This document shows, piece after piece, positions 1 through 14,187 of a DNA stretch of 64,000 bases; the first letter of the stretch is position 1, and each line of letters starts with the position of its first letter. The notes below the pieces were generated by a model that saw only the letters and a program-made list of their open reading frames with translations, did no database searches and was not told the origin of the DNA. Source of the stretch: the human T2T-CHM13v2.0 reference genome, Homo sapiens. The translations under genes were made by a program, and so were the position numbers. The stretch is taken from assembly GCF_009914755.1 (NCBI RefSeq), contig NC_060930.1. One strand, 5' to 3'.

Positions 1-520
1 GCTATGACAAAAATATTTTATTCTAGTATGTACACCTTAAAGTACATATGTGTTCACAGTAGAACTATTTATAATAGCCAAAAACTAGAAATTTCTCCAG
101 TGTATGTCAACAGTAGAATGGAAAAATAAATTACACTATATACAAACAATGAAATACTGTATAGCAATGACAACAATCTTCAAGTTTGTGCAACAATAAG
201 GAATATCATTCACATAATATTTAGTGGAAAAATATATGTACAAGAGAACATAATATATAATTTCACTTATGTAAATTTCTAAAACAAACAAGATGAATCT
301 ATTTTGCTTAAAGTCAAAATAGTGGTTAACCTGTGGGAGGGGGTTAATAACTAGGAGAGTCATGGGAAGGTGAGATCTTATAATGTGGTGATAATAGTCT
401 ACTTTGTGATCTTGATGCCTTTTGCACAGTTATATAAAACTCTGTAAAAACTGACTGTGAATGTTAAACTCATATGTGAATGTATATATGTATCATACTT
501 CAGTGAAAGCTTAAAAAGTT
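1..520 (+). mobile_element. Old L1M (L1ME-like) 3' end fragment
   Basis: tgttcacagtagaactatttataatagccaaaaactagaa...caacagtagaatgg...aatgaaatactgtatagcaatg resembles the ORF2 end/3'UTR of ancient L1. Confidence 0.7.
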
Positions 521-1117
521 AAAATCAATAATCAAAATATATCTTATTTTCCAGAATTCTGTGTTTACTTTATATTTCCATTTTTAAGAAAATTGGTAAA
601 GGCAGTGATCAGTGATAATCTTTACTCCACTTTGTGACTATTTTTCCGTATATAATGAAAAGGAAAACAAATAACATGTGACATTTCAATGAGCCACATT
701 AAAAATAATATCCAACACAGTGGTACATGACACCAAAATATGACATAAACATATATTTGGCATTTGAAAATATAGAGGTTATCCTCACAGTTCTAAAAAG
801 CAAAGGGGCAAAATCATTCATTCAGTATTTTGTTGATATTGTAATTGTTTACCAGGCAAAAGTGTGACACCAATTATAAAAAATGCATTATAATTATTAC
901 AGTTCATTTGTTCTCTCAGCAAATTATAAGAGATCTCAGAATAACAGAAACCCAGAGCTGACAAGTGCAACTTTACTGGAAAAGAAAACAAAACCCCATA
1001 TTCTTCAAGATCACTTGAAAATTTATTTGTGTTTAAATAATTATTTCAGATGATGCTTGTGCTCCTAATAATCAATTAATGGGGAAAAATGTCTTTTCAT
1101 TACCCATTTGAAAGCAA

Positions 1118-1990
1118 TTGTTATTTAGTGCCTACTCTGTGCCAGCACAAAATACATATTTATCTAGCACCTAATAGTAAGCCCAGTGGCTTAATATTTG
1201 GAGACACACCAAGATAGTATAAGATAATCACATTCTCAACCAATGTCATGGTAGCAAGAAAATGATAGATGCATTTTGCTTAACATTCAGCGTATTTTCT
1301 ATTACATAGATGGCAAAATATATAACAAAATATTCTCAGTACTGCTTTAGATTATTTCTTTCAGAAAAAGGCTGGGGTAGGGGAATACATTATTTCAGTT
1401 CATAGAAGGATATTGAAGTTAACTGGGACTTGAATGTTGGAAGTGAAAATGATTTAGTGTAATGAGATTTTGAATATAAATTAAAAGTAAACCAACAAGT
1501 TGTGCCAATGGACTTGGTGTGTGGAAAATCAGGGATGACACCCAGGTCTTAGATTGGAAACTTCGCAGAAGTGTTGACATTAGGTAAAATGGGAAAGACT
1601 GAATCTTAATTGTTATGGTATGAACCTGCTCAGTTTGTAATCCTCAGGAAAGGTCTACTGGAAGCTCTGTATGAGAATCCAAAGTTTAGGAAATACTATA
1701 GCACTAGAGATGGGACTGGACCTAAAGAGAAATTATTGGAAGTTTAACAAAAAAGGCCAAAAACTGAACCTTTAACTCTTCCAATATTTGGAGGTCAATC
1801 AGACAAAGAGGGCCAGCAAATAATCTAGAATGAACAGCCAGGTAGAAAAGATGAAAATAAGGAAAATAAATTTCTTTAAGAAAAAAAGATATTGACAAAT
1901 ATGACAGCTGATCCTGAAAAAGATTGAGTGTGATGAGAACAGATACCTGTGAGAGTCAGCCAAGACATCCCAACAGTACATGAAGGCTTG
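1118..1990 (-). mobile_element. Degraded L2 fragments
   Basis: tttagtgcctactctgtgccagcac and gatgacacccaggtcttagattgg...aaaatgggaaagact resemble antisense L2; highly diverged. Confidence 0.45.
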
Positions 1991-2107
1991 TATCTATTTA
2001 AAAGTATTTGAACAGGATTTAGTGCAATTTTCATTCCTGGAGATTACAATTGGGAAGTTAACCTAGAACAACCGAGTTGGAAAGCTGCTTAGAAATTTTG
2101 TGAAGAG

Positions 2108-2424
2108 GGCTGGGCACAGTGGCTCACACCTGTAATCCCAGCACTTAAGGAGGCCGAGGCAAGCAGCTCGCTTGAGCCCAGGAGTTTAAGACCAGCCTGG
2201 GCAGGGTGGGAAAACCTCATCTCTACAAAAAGTACAAAAATTAGTGGGGCATGATGGCACTTGCCTGTAGTCTCAGCTACTCAGGAGGCAAATGTGGGAG
2301 GATCGCTTGAGCCTGGGAAGAGGAGGCGGCAGTGAGCCAAGATCATGCCTCTGCACTTCAGCCTGGAGCCTGGGCAGCAACAGAGGGAGACCCTTTCTCA
2401 AAAGACAAAACAAACAAACAAACA
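2108..2424 (+). mobile_element. AluJ-like SINE
   Basis: ggctgggcacagtggctcacacctgtaatcccagcact... dimeric structure; J-type 'gaggatcgcttgagcc'; tail decayed to (caaa)n; short aagag flanks. Confidence 0.95.
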
Positions 2425-3628
2425 AGAGTGGATAAGCAAACTGGCATACCCAAGAGACTGTTAAACATGTTGTTGAAGAATTTATGATGACATAGAAAAT
2501 GCAAATATTTATAGTTAAAGAAACAACACAGTCATGTAAATAATGCATAGAATTGATAAACAGCTATATCTATACATACACGTATGCAGATATAGGCTTT
2601 TTTCAGGGAGAAAATATATTAAAATGTGAGTGGTTTCTCTAGGTAATGAAAGTATGCCTGAATTTATTTCTTTACATTTTCCATATTTAAAACAAATTAT
2701 TTGCCATTACTTTACAACTGAAAAGAAAATCTAGTCTCAAAAAAGTTTTCAGTACGTTTAAATGTATTGCATGATGTTCAAATTTTATAAAAAAAATACT
2801 GTAACATTATCTTTCACAATTTTATTGAAAACCCCATGTTTCCTACATCATATGTAAAAGAAAAATTTTTTAGACTATGATAAAATTAAAACAACTATGA
2901 TTGCAAAGAAAAAATGACTTTTGAATATCTGAATTACAAATCACTGTAGGAAATTAAAATGTACCTATTTTTACCTACACTTCCACTTCAAGAATTGTAT
3001 CTAAAATAAATAAATAAATACAAAAATGAACACATAAAATAAAATATATAAGTAATTATATAAGTATGTAATGCCACCTACACAAGGATTATTGTATAAG
3101 CATTATTATAGTGGGCCATTTGGAAATAGACTGAATATCCATCAAAACAGGAGTAGCTGGATAAAATGAAATGTGACTCACCCATTAAATAAAACAGAAT
3201 CTCTATATCTACAATCTCCATATACACACAAAATAGCAGTCCATACTATATTCTTGACATGAATAATAGCAAATGACAAGTAGTTTATTTTCTCAGTGAA
3301 TATTACATGGTAAGAATTTCCTAGGTAATTAATAGACATACAAATATTTTTATGCCAATTAATATTTTTTAGTGTATCAATGAACTATGATTTATTTAAT
3401 CATTTTCCAGCTGTTATACATTTAGAAGAAAATACATACACGAAGATTCTATGCATTTAGTCTCCTAGAGTTTCATATATAAAAATATGCACTATATAAT
3501 TTTTCGATTACCAAAATTCCCACATCATTATTCACAGGAAATGTAATACATATTCATCACTGGGAGTACAGAATATTTGCAACATGATTCTTTAATAAAA
3601 GAAGGCTTCTTAATTATGAAAAAGTTTT

Positions 3629-4012
3629 TGTTTTAGTCTGCCATTGCAAAATACCATAGATTTTGTGGCTTATACCAGGAATTTATTTTCTAAGAGTTTC
3701 AGAGGCTGGGAGCGTGAGATTATTGTGCCATTATGGTTGCTTTCTGGTAAAGGCTCTTTTCCTGGCATGCATATGGCCACCATCTTACTATGTTCACATG
3801 ACTTCTTTGTGAGGGTGCTGAGAAAGAGGGAACTAGAGAGAGCAAGCTCTCTGATCTCTTCTTATAGGATGTCAATCTCATTATTAATTCCTCACCCTCA
3901 TAACCTTAGCTAAACCTAATTACCTCCCAAAGACCTCATCACCAAATACCATCACAATGGGGGTTAGGGCTTCAACATATGAATGTGGGGAAATACAATT
4001 CAGTTTATAGCA
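3629..4012 (-). mobile_element. MaLR solo LTR (MLT1A-like)
   Basis: tgttttagtc...aaataccatcacaatgggggttagggcttcaacatatgaat...ttcagtttatagca is the reverse complement of an MLT1A-type LTR. Confidence 0.85.
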
Positions 4013-4790
4013 GTCCTAACATCTAAAATGGTTTCTTCAAGCAACCTATTGTCTTGGAAACCAATCCTTTATCATATATTTGCAGAATGTTTTGATATTG
4101 AGCAAATATAGGAAAGTAGAATTAATGTTTAACAAATCTATCTAAAATATTATTTATTCATTATTCTACAAATATAGCATTTAAAAAGAGATATTTGAAG
4201 TGTACAAGTTTAGGGTGAATAAATGGTCATATACCAGGTATGGGATAATTAAATAACAACTGTAATTGTTTTAAAATATGTAATTTGGCATTAAGCAAAC
4301 ACATGTTTTCAGTTCATGATTGTGTAGTATCAGCAATTAGAGTTTTAACTTATCAGCATAAAGAATAATGTAAATGTATATTATATTACCACAAAGGTAG
4401 AAGCCAAAATCTGAATACCGATATTTTTTCTTAATCTGAGATTACTGTAAACACATTTTTCCTAATTGAATTGTAAATGATAAAATATTTAATTCTTAAT
4501 TTGTTAATAATTTTGTTATATCTAAAATATTGTTTATGTTATTTATAAATATTATGTGGAAATAAAAGCTTAAGATGAGGATAAATTTACAACGTGATTA
4601 ACATTTCAAGAATTCAGGTTGTATTTTCTTATATTTTCTTGCCAATTTCTTAATCTTGTAAGGCCTTTAAATTTTAGTATATTTCAAGACATCAGTGAAC
4701 AAATCTGAATGCTGAGGATACATCTAACTGTCTCAAATGCATGAATAAATTTATAAATATGAGCTTAAAATTACTAATGGAAAAAAATTG

Positions 4791-4861
4791 TATTGGTTTT
4801 ATAGATGTATCTGAACAAATATAAAACCCTATTGGTTGTATAGGTGCATCTGAACAAATAT
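4791..4861. repeat. Diverged 32-bp direct duplication, period 39
   Basis: tattggttttatagatgtatctgaacaaatat (4791-4822) vs tattggttgtataggtgcatctgaacaaatat (4830-4861), 3 mismatches. Confidence 0.9.
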
Positions 4862-6019
4862 TTTTTGATTCTTCTCATAACTGGTACTACATTTGTATAA
4901 ATGTTTATTTAAAAAAATAAGCCTTAGAATAGGAGAAAAAAAAACAGTAAATAAGATAGGAAAATCCTATTTTCATATTTTCTGCCTAAAATCAACTGGA
5001 ATATATTTATTGTATATTTTGCATATTGCTATATAATTATATCTCTCTATCTCAAAACTTTCCATTCCCTAACTGACTTCCATGAAGAATGTTATAGACT
5101 TACAACATTTCATAAATTATCTTAATTTAGGGCACCATTGGTTCCCCAGTAAGCTTCAGCTGTTGAGACTTCATTCTGCATAGCTTCAATCTACATATGC
5201 TTTCCCTTGTGAGCAGTTGCTCAGGGCTCTGTCAAAAACTAAAGTCCAAGTATGTAATCGGGTGTGCTCCCAAAGATTCTAGCGGTTATACTGGTCTTAT
5301 CTACTGATAATTCAGAACCTTCTACTTAAAAAGAAGTATTCATTGGAAGTCCCTTTAAACCAGCTACATGTATAAAGATTTCCTGTTATCCAGGGATTGT
5401 CAGGCCCCAAGATTTCATGGAGTGGCTACAAAACAGAAGGCTATTCCTTAAACCCATCATTGTCTTAACTCAAAAGATACTGAGATGTGCCATCCTAGAA
5501 ACAAAAAGAGACAACTTAGAGCTCAGAAAATAGTAAAAAAGACAACTGCAGAATCTAAAAAATAACATTTTTGCTAAAAAGGAAATATTCTATTTTTTAA
5601 TAAAGATATTTTCAGAGCAAGGGAAGATCACAGAAATGCTAGAATGATGTATCCTGGCATGTGGGATTGGGAGAAATGTCACAGGACAGGAGTGAGATAA
5701 GCAACACATTAATTAGTAAGATTTTTTTTAAAAAAAATACCTATATATACTTATAAATTCAGGGGGTACATGTGCAAGTTTGTTACTGGATATTGATCTA
5801 GACAGAGAATTTATGACTAATTAGTAGGATTTTTAAAGAGGAGTTTCCACTAATAAGAATTGAAAGCCTTTTGAAATTGCATATTTTACACAGGAAATCA
5901 ATATGGAAGCATGACATCTTACTGATACAATGAAAGTCCCTGGACTTTCATGTCATCTCATCATTGTTTTCATTAAAGCGAGAGGTAACTGGTAGTCTTT
6001 GAAATACAAAATTCAGTAA

Positions 6020-6090
6020 GTTCAAGCTATGTGATTTTGTGAGATTTTACCTGTCTGAACCATGGTTTCCTCAACTGTAAAAGAAAATAC
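6020..6090 (+). mobile_element. MIR core fragment
   Basis: agctatgtgattttg...ctgaaccatggtttcctcaactgtaaaa resembles the MIR core. Confidence 0.55.
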
Positions 6091-7482
6091 CAATGACTTC
6101 TCTTAATTGTTTAATAATTATGAAAATGAATATAATAGGGCTTTTCTACTGTTCCATTCAGTTTTCTATGAAAGCAGAAAATTGATGAAATTCTTAAAAT
6201 AAGCCTTTTAAACTAAATTTGTATTGATTTGCATTCCATACTGTACTCTCGCCTCAAGAAAGTTATAGTGCAATGTACTCTTCCGGTATTAGGGAAATAT
6301 ATTTTAACACCCTCTAGTGTCCCTAAAAACTCTAAATAACTTATAAAAATTGAAGATTACCTTTTAAAAGAACTCTTTTTAATATAATAACATTTATTAT
6401 AGAATAATAATTTTGCCATATTGTGTCACTTGTGGAATAATGTGAGACATTTCAATTTTAACCTTTACCATTATGAAATAAATTTCTCATAATCTGCAGT
6501 GTGTAAAGGAGCAAGAACTAGCTAATATCTTAATATTTACAATGTATTTGTATGCTTCTAGCTGCAGTTTGATTTTAAAGGTTGAAAACAAATGAAAACA
6601 CGTCAACAAATTAAGGAGTATGAACAGTTAGGATAGAATAAAATTTGCTTTTGCTTTACTCCATTTTTGTATCCTGAACCTTAAGAAACTCAATCCTAGT
6701 AATGCTTTCAAGCCCATGAGGATTTAAGAAAAAAACTCAAGAAAATAAATGTGCATTGAAGAGATTGGAGTGCAGGGAGATGGGATTTTTCAGGGTGACA
6801 GGATCTCTGTTCCATGTGTGTGCACAGATACCAGAAGGCACTATCTAAGACCAGAAAAAAATAGTTTCTGTCATCTCCAGATGTAGGGAATGACTGCCCA
6901 GCAGGGCTCTTCAGACTGTTGAGAAGTCTGGGTCATCCAATCTGCCTCCTCCATAAAACAGCCTCATCATTTGAGTGTTCCATGGAAACCATGATCTTTA
7001 CTAATCAAAACACCCCCTTCTAGTAACAGAACTTCAGTATTTTCAATTCTAGTAGAAATGACAACTAAATACATACTAGAAGTAGCAAACAGAGGACCCT
7101 GTCTCTCATGAATTGGTAAGATGTACTTCACTCTTTAGGCTTTGTATAATTTAATGATATTAATTAAGAAAAAATCATATTGCAAGCATTTACAATTTCA
7201 TTTTTCCTTTATAAAGTGTTTAATAGGTATGCAGCCTTATGGGAGTAGTTAAGCCTAAATATCAGCAGATGATAAATATTTCAAAAATGCTGCTCTTTTA
7301 TAATAACAACAATCTGCCATTGCTATGAGATATTGATATTGATCAAATTATCCATTGAGAAACAATAATTTACTGAAAATTAACATGTGAATTATAAAAA
7401 TTATTGTGTTTAAATAAAATCCTTTTTTAATTTTTAGAAATTACCTGTCATAGTCAAAATATTATGATAATAATCTATATTA

Positions 7483-7593
7483 TCATAGCCATATGGATTG
7501 ATTTCCCTTTATAGTTATGTAGATACTTCTCTATTTTGTCATAGCCATATGGATTGATTTCCCTTTATAGTTATGTAGATACTTCTCTATTTT
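7483..7593. repeat. Perfect 55-bp tandem duplication, period 56
   Basis: tcatagccatatggattgatttccctttatagttatgtagatacttctctatttt at 7483-7537 and 7539-7593, identical. Confidence 0.97.
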
Positions 7594-8393
7594 ATTACCA
7601 AGGCACATTATATTGAAAGAAGATAAGGAAACCATAAAAAATGCTCTTGAGACATATTTAAATTGAAAAATTATTTGTGTTTGTAATATATGTAATTTGT
7701 AATGTATGTTATTTGTAATTTGGAACATGTTATACTCCTTCCAATTTTAGGAGTAGAAAGACTGTACATTAGGATTAGATTTTATGTTCAAGAGTGTGAA
7801 TTCAAACTCATAAACTAAAACTGTGTTGTGAATACATTTAGTTTCACAAAACCTTTAAGTGGCAACATCCTTAAAATCTTATGAAATATGAGATTTCATC
7901 ATTGTCTCACTGATAAAATAAAGGAGAGCAGAAATTAGAGACAGATTTCAGGATCACCATGTAAGGGTCACTATTTGTTGCCAACCACCTACCTTGCCAG
8001 AACTTCTTTCAAGGGACGAAATATTCTTAGGAAGAGTAGTTATCCTGCTTGACCTCAGAATAGATGATTACTACTTTGCTAGCTCCTGCATGTTGGTCTC
8101 TACAATATTTTAATCAAACAAACATGAGATTGACCATGTGCTACTGTTGCTATAATAATTTTTCAAATGTGAAGCTTCAGAGAGCAGTCAAGGACTGGAA
8201 ACAACATCAGCGGTGAATAATAGCCTCAAAATGAAGCATACGTATTAGGAAATTTCCAACACTGTTTGTAACACTATTCTCGTGCTTGCTAAGAAGAATG
8301 AAGTAACAAGTTTATGCCAATCTGCTGATTGTCAAGGAAACTTCACACATCGATTTATGTCATGGGATTTACTCCATTGGACAAGAACTGTTT

Positions 8394-8768
8394 TCTTGCC
8401 TTTTCCAGCTTGTTTAGGGCCACCTTCTTTCCTTAGCTCACTCATGGCCCCCTTCCTCCATCTTCAAAGTCAGTAACATCAGACCAAGAAGTTTTAATGA
8501 TACTGGCATAGTTCTCTCTTTCAATTCTGTCTTCCACTTTTAAGGATCCTAGTAATTACATTGGGTCCACTGAGATAATCTGGGATTACTTTGCTATGTT
8601 AAGGTAAAATGACTAGCAACTTTCATTTCCACTGCAATCTTAATACCATTTTACCCTGTAATTAATGTATTACCAGGTTCCGTAGGTTAGAAGGTAGACA
8701 TCTATGGGTTTTTGTTGCTGTTGTTGTTGTTGTTTTTGGTAGGAGGGAGTGTTATTCTACCTACCACA
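8394..8768 (-). mobile_element. MaLR LTR (MLT1D/E-like), partial
   Basis: cttgccttttccagct...ccccttcctccatcttcaaag...ttccacttttaagga...attacattgggtccac...ttattctacctaccaca. Confidence 0.8.
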
Positions 8769-11700
8769 TCTGTTGTCATTAGGTGAAGAATATTCAGACC
8801 ACAAAGTATACAGAATCCACCTGTGCTTTTCCAGGGACACTACAGATTGTATCCAGCCTAGGGCTCTATGGGAAACCAGTGGCAGCTAGAACCATGGGGA
8901 CCATGGCCAGATCCTTTGTAATCCCTAATAGCATCTTTATGAGCCTTTAATGAGCATGAGCTTGTGCAGCTTGCTTGGAGGTCAGCCAAACTTTTCTCTG
9001 GCTTCTTGGTAAGTAGAGACTGTTCAACAAATTCCAGACAAGTTCTCACCACTGTAAAATACACCAAAGTAAGATGTCAAGCAGATAATTAAGTCATGGT
9101 TTATGATTTTATTTTATATACATGGTTTTTAGAATATAAATATATTCTATAAAACATATAATTCTATAAAATAATTACTGATGGCCTAATTGCTTGGTAT
9201 TTGTTCCTGTAAGTAATATAGGCCCAACTTGAGAGTCCAATTTGCTTTATCCACCATAGGACCAATCATGTAGACATTAATGACCTGCATACTTGACAAA
9301 GCCCTATAGGGTAATATAATAAGGTACTGTGAAAGTAACATTATAATCCATAATATCACTTATGAATTAATTCATTGTATTTAAATGTTCCCACTCACAC
9401 ATTTTCCCCTTCCCTGTTCTTCTGGGAATATCTGAAAAATAAGACAAATACACTTACTACCTAGTTATGCTAGGAAGTTTAATACCCAAGAAACACATTT
9501 CCTTCATATTCAGAGACAGAGCTCTAAGAATCTCTGAATGATTTTAGAATACAAAACCTCTCTATTCACATTATGGAAAATATGCAGGAATATTATACTT
9601 GTGATTTATGTTTTAGTTTCTACCACTCACCTGCAGCTCTACTGAACTAATTTATTTCCTCTTTAAAACCTACACGAAAGCATCTTCTGTGCTACATGTT
9701 TCTCTCACCATTCTCCAATATGCATTGCGAATCAAGTCATGGTGCTGAGCAGAATCCTTTCCCTGAGAACTGTTGATAATGCTGACCAGCACTCACAAGT
9801 GCGTCCCTTGAAACATTTTCAGTCATCACAATCCCAGATGCCATGAGTCATTGAATGTGTTTTTTTGTTTTTTGCTTTACATATATAGCACTTGGCCCTT
9901 ATTTCAGCTGATGGAGTAGGTAAGAAAACGGATTCTGCTGGTTGTTTCATTTTTCTTTTTCTTTTTTTAAAATAAAATAAAAAAATTTATTTAGAGTTTT
10001 TTACTCTCCGAAGTCTCTCCCACAGAATCCCTCAATCTCAATGGAAGTAATATGCTTAAATCATATAAACAAGGACAGTGCATGACAGAAATCAAAATGC
10101 TATTTTTATTTATTTAATGCCATTTACAACTGTTCATTATGACACAACTAAATAACTTAAGCATATTTATTTTATTAATAATGACAATTTTAGTTTTTTT
10201 GACAGCTGAATCCCTCGACATAAAGATAATTAATTTAGCCCTCTTTTACCAGCAGACACCATTCTGCTGAATAATCAGTCAATGAAGGAAAAGTAAACAA
10301 ATGAAAAAAAACCAGCAAAAAAATGTGTGTACATAAATAGTTGATTTTATGATTGGGATAGATGGAATCTATTTATAGAAGATAGTAATGTTTATTTGAA
10401 GATAAAATTAGGTTCACATCATTAAGAAATCTATGTGGATAGATACTATTAATGTGATATATATTAATAGTATATTGATACATTAATCAGAATATATTAA
10501 TTTTTCCTTATCTGTTAATTTTTACTCTATTTACGACAGTGGAAATCTATAAAGCCAATATTAACTTTCTCTGGAAGAGAAATAAATTGATGATGAAATA
10601 TCAGATACTTTCACAAAAATATGTAAGTTGAGATGAGAATTTTTAGCTGTCTTTTTCAGCACCAACTTTAAAAATTATTTTAGATCAGCTTTATGATTAG
10701 TCTAAAAATTAGTTTAAAACTTTAAAAAACAAAGAAAGTCAAAATGAGAAGCAGATGGGCCTATACTTCTTTAGACATGAACTGTCTGTTTCTCCTTATG
10801 ATCAAAAGAAAGGCAAGAAAGGAAAATGGAATAAAACACCCGAGATTTCACAGACATTGCTACACATTGCCATGTATTCATTAGATAGCCAAATATATTC
10901 ATATTGAAACACTCATTCTTACTCAATATGTTCATACTATCATGTTTGAGTGCTTGGTTTTAAAAATATTTGATTGAAATTAGGTATTTTGCACTCAAAT
11001 TATTAAGGGTAGATATTAATATAAATTTTGTTTATAGTCTAAGGTTTATATTTTTATAATATTTGAAGACAGTGAAAATGTTTACTTAACCTGACATTAT
11101 TTCAATTGTGACACACAAATATTCCTATAGTCTATATTGTAGTAGATGTAAGACCCACTCAAAGGCATACTAGACACATATTAAATTGTTAGTTTTACCT
11201 TATTATGTCTGTTACAAAAATTATGAAAAACTATTTTTATCAGCAATCACTAATCTCCAAAATTCTAAGCTCATTAGTGTGGTAGAAACACCTAATTGTC
11301 ATTGAGACTGATGAACAACTTATGGTAATGGCACACAGACTGAGAGAATTTTATGCTAAAAAAAATTAAAAATAAATAGGAGGGTATCCAATAACAAAAT
11401 TTTAGGATTTATGGATCCTCTGTCCTTCAAATACTGCAATATTGGACCAAATATATAATTTAGCACTAAGGTGCTAAAAATAGAACTTACTAATAAAGAC
11501 TTGCTTCTCTATTCTCTATTACGCTCACATGTGCTGCAGAAATATATCAAGCCATCATCTTCTGGTTTCTAGTCCATCACTGGCATATTATTTCTCAGAT
11601 CACATTTTTGCCGTGTATTCTTTGTTCAAACTGAGAGTTCATGCAATTTTCTCAGTCTCATCCTGGTACTACCAGTACTACCTCACTGACAAAATACATA

Positions 11701-12339
11701 CGTTCCAAAAACATTTGTAAATGCACATTTATGTCAAAAAATCGTACTTCTTTTTGCTGAATTACATTACAGTCAAATGTTCTTATGAGGGAAATAACAT
11801 CATTTTGAGCTAAAACATTTGCTTTGCATTTTTCACTATTTTATAACAGGAAACTTTGATCACTACTAATAGCCATCTGTCTCTTTCCACTTCAAACTAA
11901 AGCATCTTTTGCAGGACTATGATTGTCGCATATGGATATGTAAGTATTCCCATTTAAATATCCTCTATTCTCTTCGGCAGGAATCTGGACTTTATTACCT
12001 GTTCCTGAATGACTCTTTCTTATTTCATTATCCATAAATCCTCTCATACTCTCTTTTAAAAATCTCTCAAATCCTTTCTCTATTTTTCCCTCCACTTATA
12101 TTTCGTCGCTTAAGAACTTTCAATCCTCTTTTTAGAATGGCACAATAGCCTGTTAACTGGTTTCAAGTCTCCAGTATTACCAAGCTCCCAATTTAATATG
12201 ACAACTAAAATGGATTGCTGAGACACACTAAGTACATTGATTTGATGCCCTGTTCAAAGCTTTCTGTCTTGCTCATAACATTATATTTTATATTGTGTCC
12301 CAAAGAAGATCAATTGGAAACTCAAAATGGGATTAGGGG

Positions 12340-12495
12340 AAGAGAAACAAAGTTCCATAGATAAATGAGCTTAGGAAATTGCAGACATAATTCTTTTCAT
12401 TGCTGTAGGCCTCTCAGGGTATTTTGAAGTTGTAGGCCTGTTGAATATCCAGGAAGAGAGAATAGTATGCAGCATTTCCCAAACCTATATGTTTA
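12340..12495. mobile_element. hAT-Charlie-type DNA transposon remnant
   Basis: atagtatgcagcatttcccaaac motif; a related remnant lies near 36240-36380. Confidence 0.4.
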
Positions 12496-12711
12496 TAAAT
12501 TCTGTGGCATAGACAAGGAGGCTGCACATACTTAATGAACACAATTTGAAAAATGTTGGGCTTAGGGACAGTTTCAAACTTCCAGGTGTGGCAATAGGAG
12601 TGCCTCTAATTCTGTCCACATCTAAAACCGGGCTCAAATCAACTCTGCTCTTCCCTGTTATTCTTGCTACACTAGAACAGTCACAGTGCCTCCATTGGTG
12701 ATCATACTTGC

Positions 12712-13031
12712 TTTTTTTTTTTTTTTCCCCTGGGACAGGCTCTTGCTCTGTCACCTACCCATGCTGAAATGCGATAGCAGGATCACAGCTCACTGCAGTC
12801 TCAACCTCCTGAACTCAAGCAATCTTCCCACCTCAGCCTCCTGAGTAGCTGGGACTTCAGGTGAAACCACCATGCCCACCTATTTTTTGTGTGTGTGTAT
12901 GTGTGTTTGTGTGTAGAGACGAGGTTTCCCTATGTTGACCAGGCTGGTATTGAACTCCTGGGCTCATGTGATTCTTCTGCCTCAGTTTCCCACAGTGCTG
13001 AAATTACAGGTGTGAGCCACCATGCCCGGCC
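12712..13031 (-). mobile_element. AluJ-like SINE with a (TG)n-converted linker
   Basis: polyT, gatcacagctcactgcagtctcaacctcctg, ends gagccaccatgcccggcc; ttgctttt on both flanks as probable TSD. Confidence 0.95.
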
Positions 13032-13149
13032 TAAATTTGCTTTTATATTTGCCTAATATGTCCTTTCCTGGGAAAACTCTTGCCCCACTCTCAAGAATCA
13101 GCACAAGTATTGCTTTCTTTAATCCAATATCTACCCTCCCCAACCTGTT

Positions 13150-13258
13150 ACTTAAAATCATTTGAGAAATCTCTAGATCTTTACAAGTGAGGCCCCAGTA
13201 TTGGTTTTAATTCCTAACGTTGGTTCTGAGAAAGTGTAAGTGCTGAGAGCCATTGCTC
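13150..13258. mobile_element. MER5-like hAT remnant
   Basis: gaggcccagt-like...ggttctga...ctgagagccattg resembles the MER5 terminus. Confidence 0.4.
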
Positions 13259-14187
13259 TGATTCTCATAAAAAGAAATCATGCCAACATTGGGCCACTAT
13301 TCTAGCTGATGCTCCTATTGCAGCACTCGTCATGCTGCATTGTGTTAGTTTACATGTTTTGTCATTAAATCAGGACTATTACTGATGTTTGTATTTCTGA
13401 AAAGTATTACTATTCTGATACAGGATAGGTATTCAGTAAGTATATATTATTAATTAGCAAAAAAGTTTAGTCTAAAATTGGATCTTAACTTCCTAGTAGA
13501 TATGGACATTTTACAAATATTTATTATTTTGTATTATAACAGAAAGGCAAAAAACTCGCATCCACATATAAGTGCCATCATCATGAACCAACAACTATTG
13601 TAAACGGGTACATTAAAAAGATAACATTATTAAAATTTTGAGAATTGTATGAGTAAAAATTTTATGTCCTTGTATTTGGAAAAAGACTGCATCGTAAACA
13701 AACCTGGACGGCCAAGTTAATAATCATAGTTGTTGAAGTACTATAAATCATTTAAGCTTTGGAAAGATAAATTACACAAAAATTCAGCAAACTTGTTGTG
13801 GCAATAGTATTTAACATAATGAGATAAAAATTACTGTATGGAAGACTATGTATGAAATAAATGATTTATTTTGCCAAAAGCACTATATAAGTTTAGGGGG
13901 TAGCTATTAACAAAATAGGTCTGAAAAATATTTTTCAAAACAATAAAGAGAAAATCGACTGTAAATGTAAACAGTGAGTTTGCAAATCACCTATCCTTGG
14001 AGCACCACTCTTAAAAATCTGGTGGAATATAGCAATATCAGAAATCAATCAGAAACATTTAAATAAAATTAAAACCTTAGATGTAACAAACTGAAATGAA
14101 ATTAAGGCCTCAGTAAAGAGTTAGATCATCAGATATCTAAAAAAATAATCCCCAAGAGAGCCCATAACCCAGTTTAACCTTGGTGAA

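Noticed and set aside
7439-7450. Isolated minus-strand donor-like CAG|GTAATT
   Set aside because: No convincing paired acceptor was found; isolated donor motifs are common.
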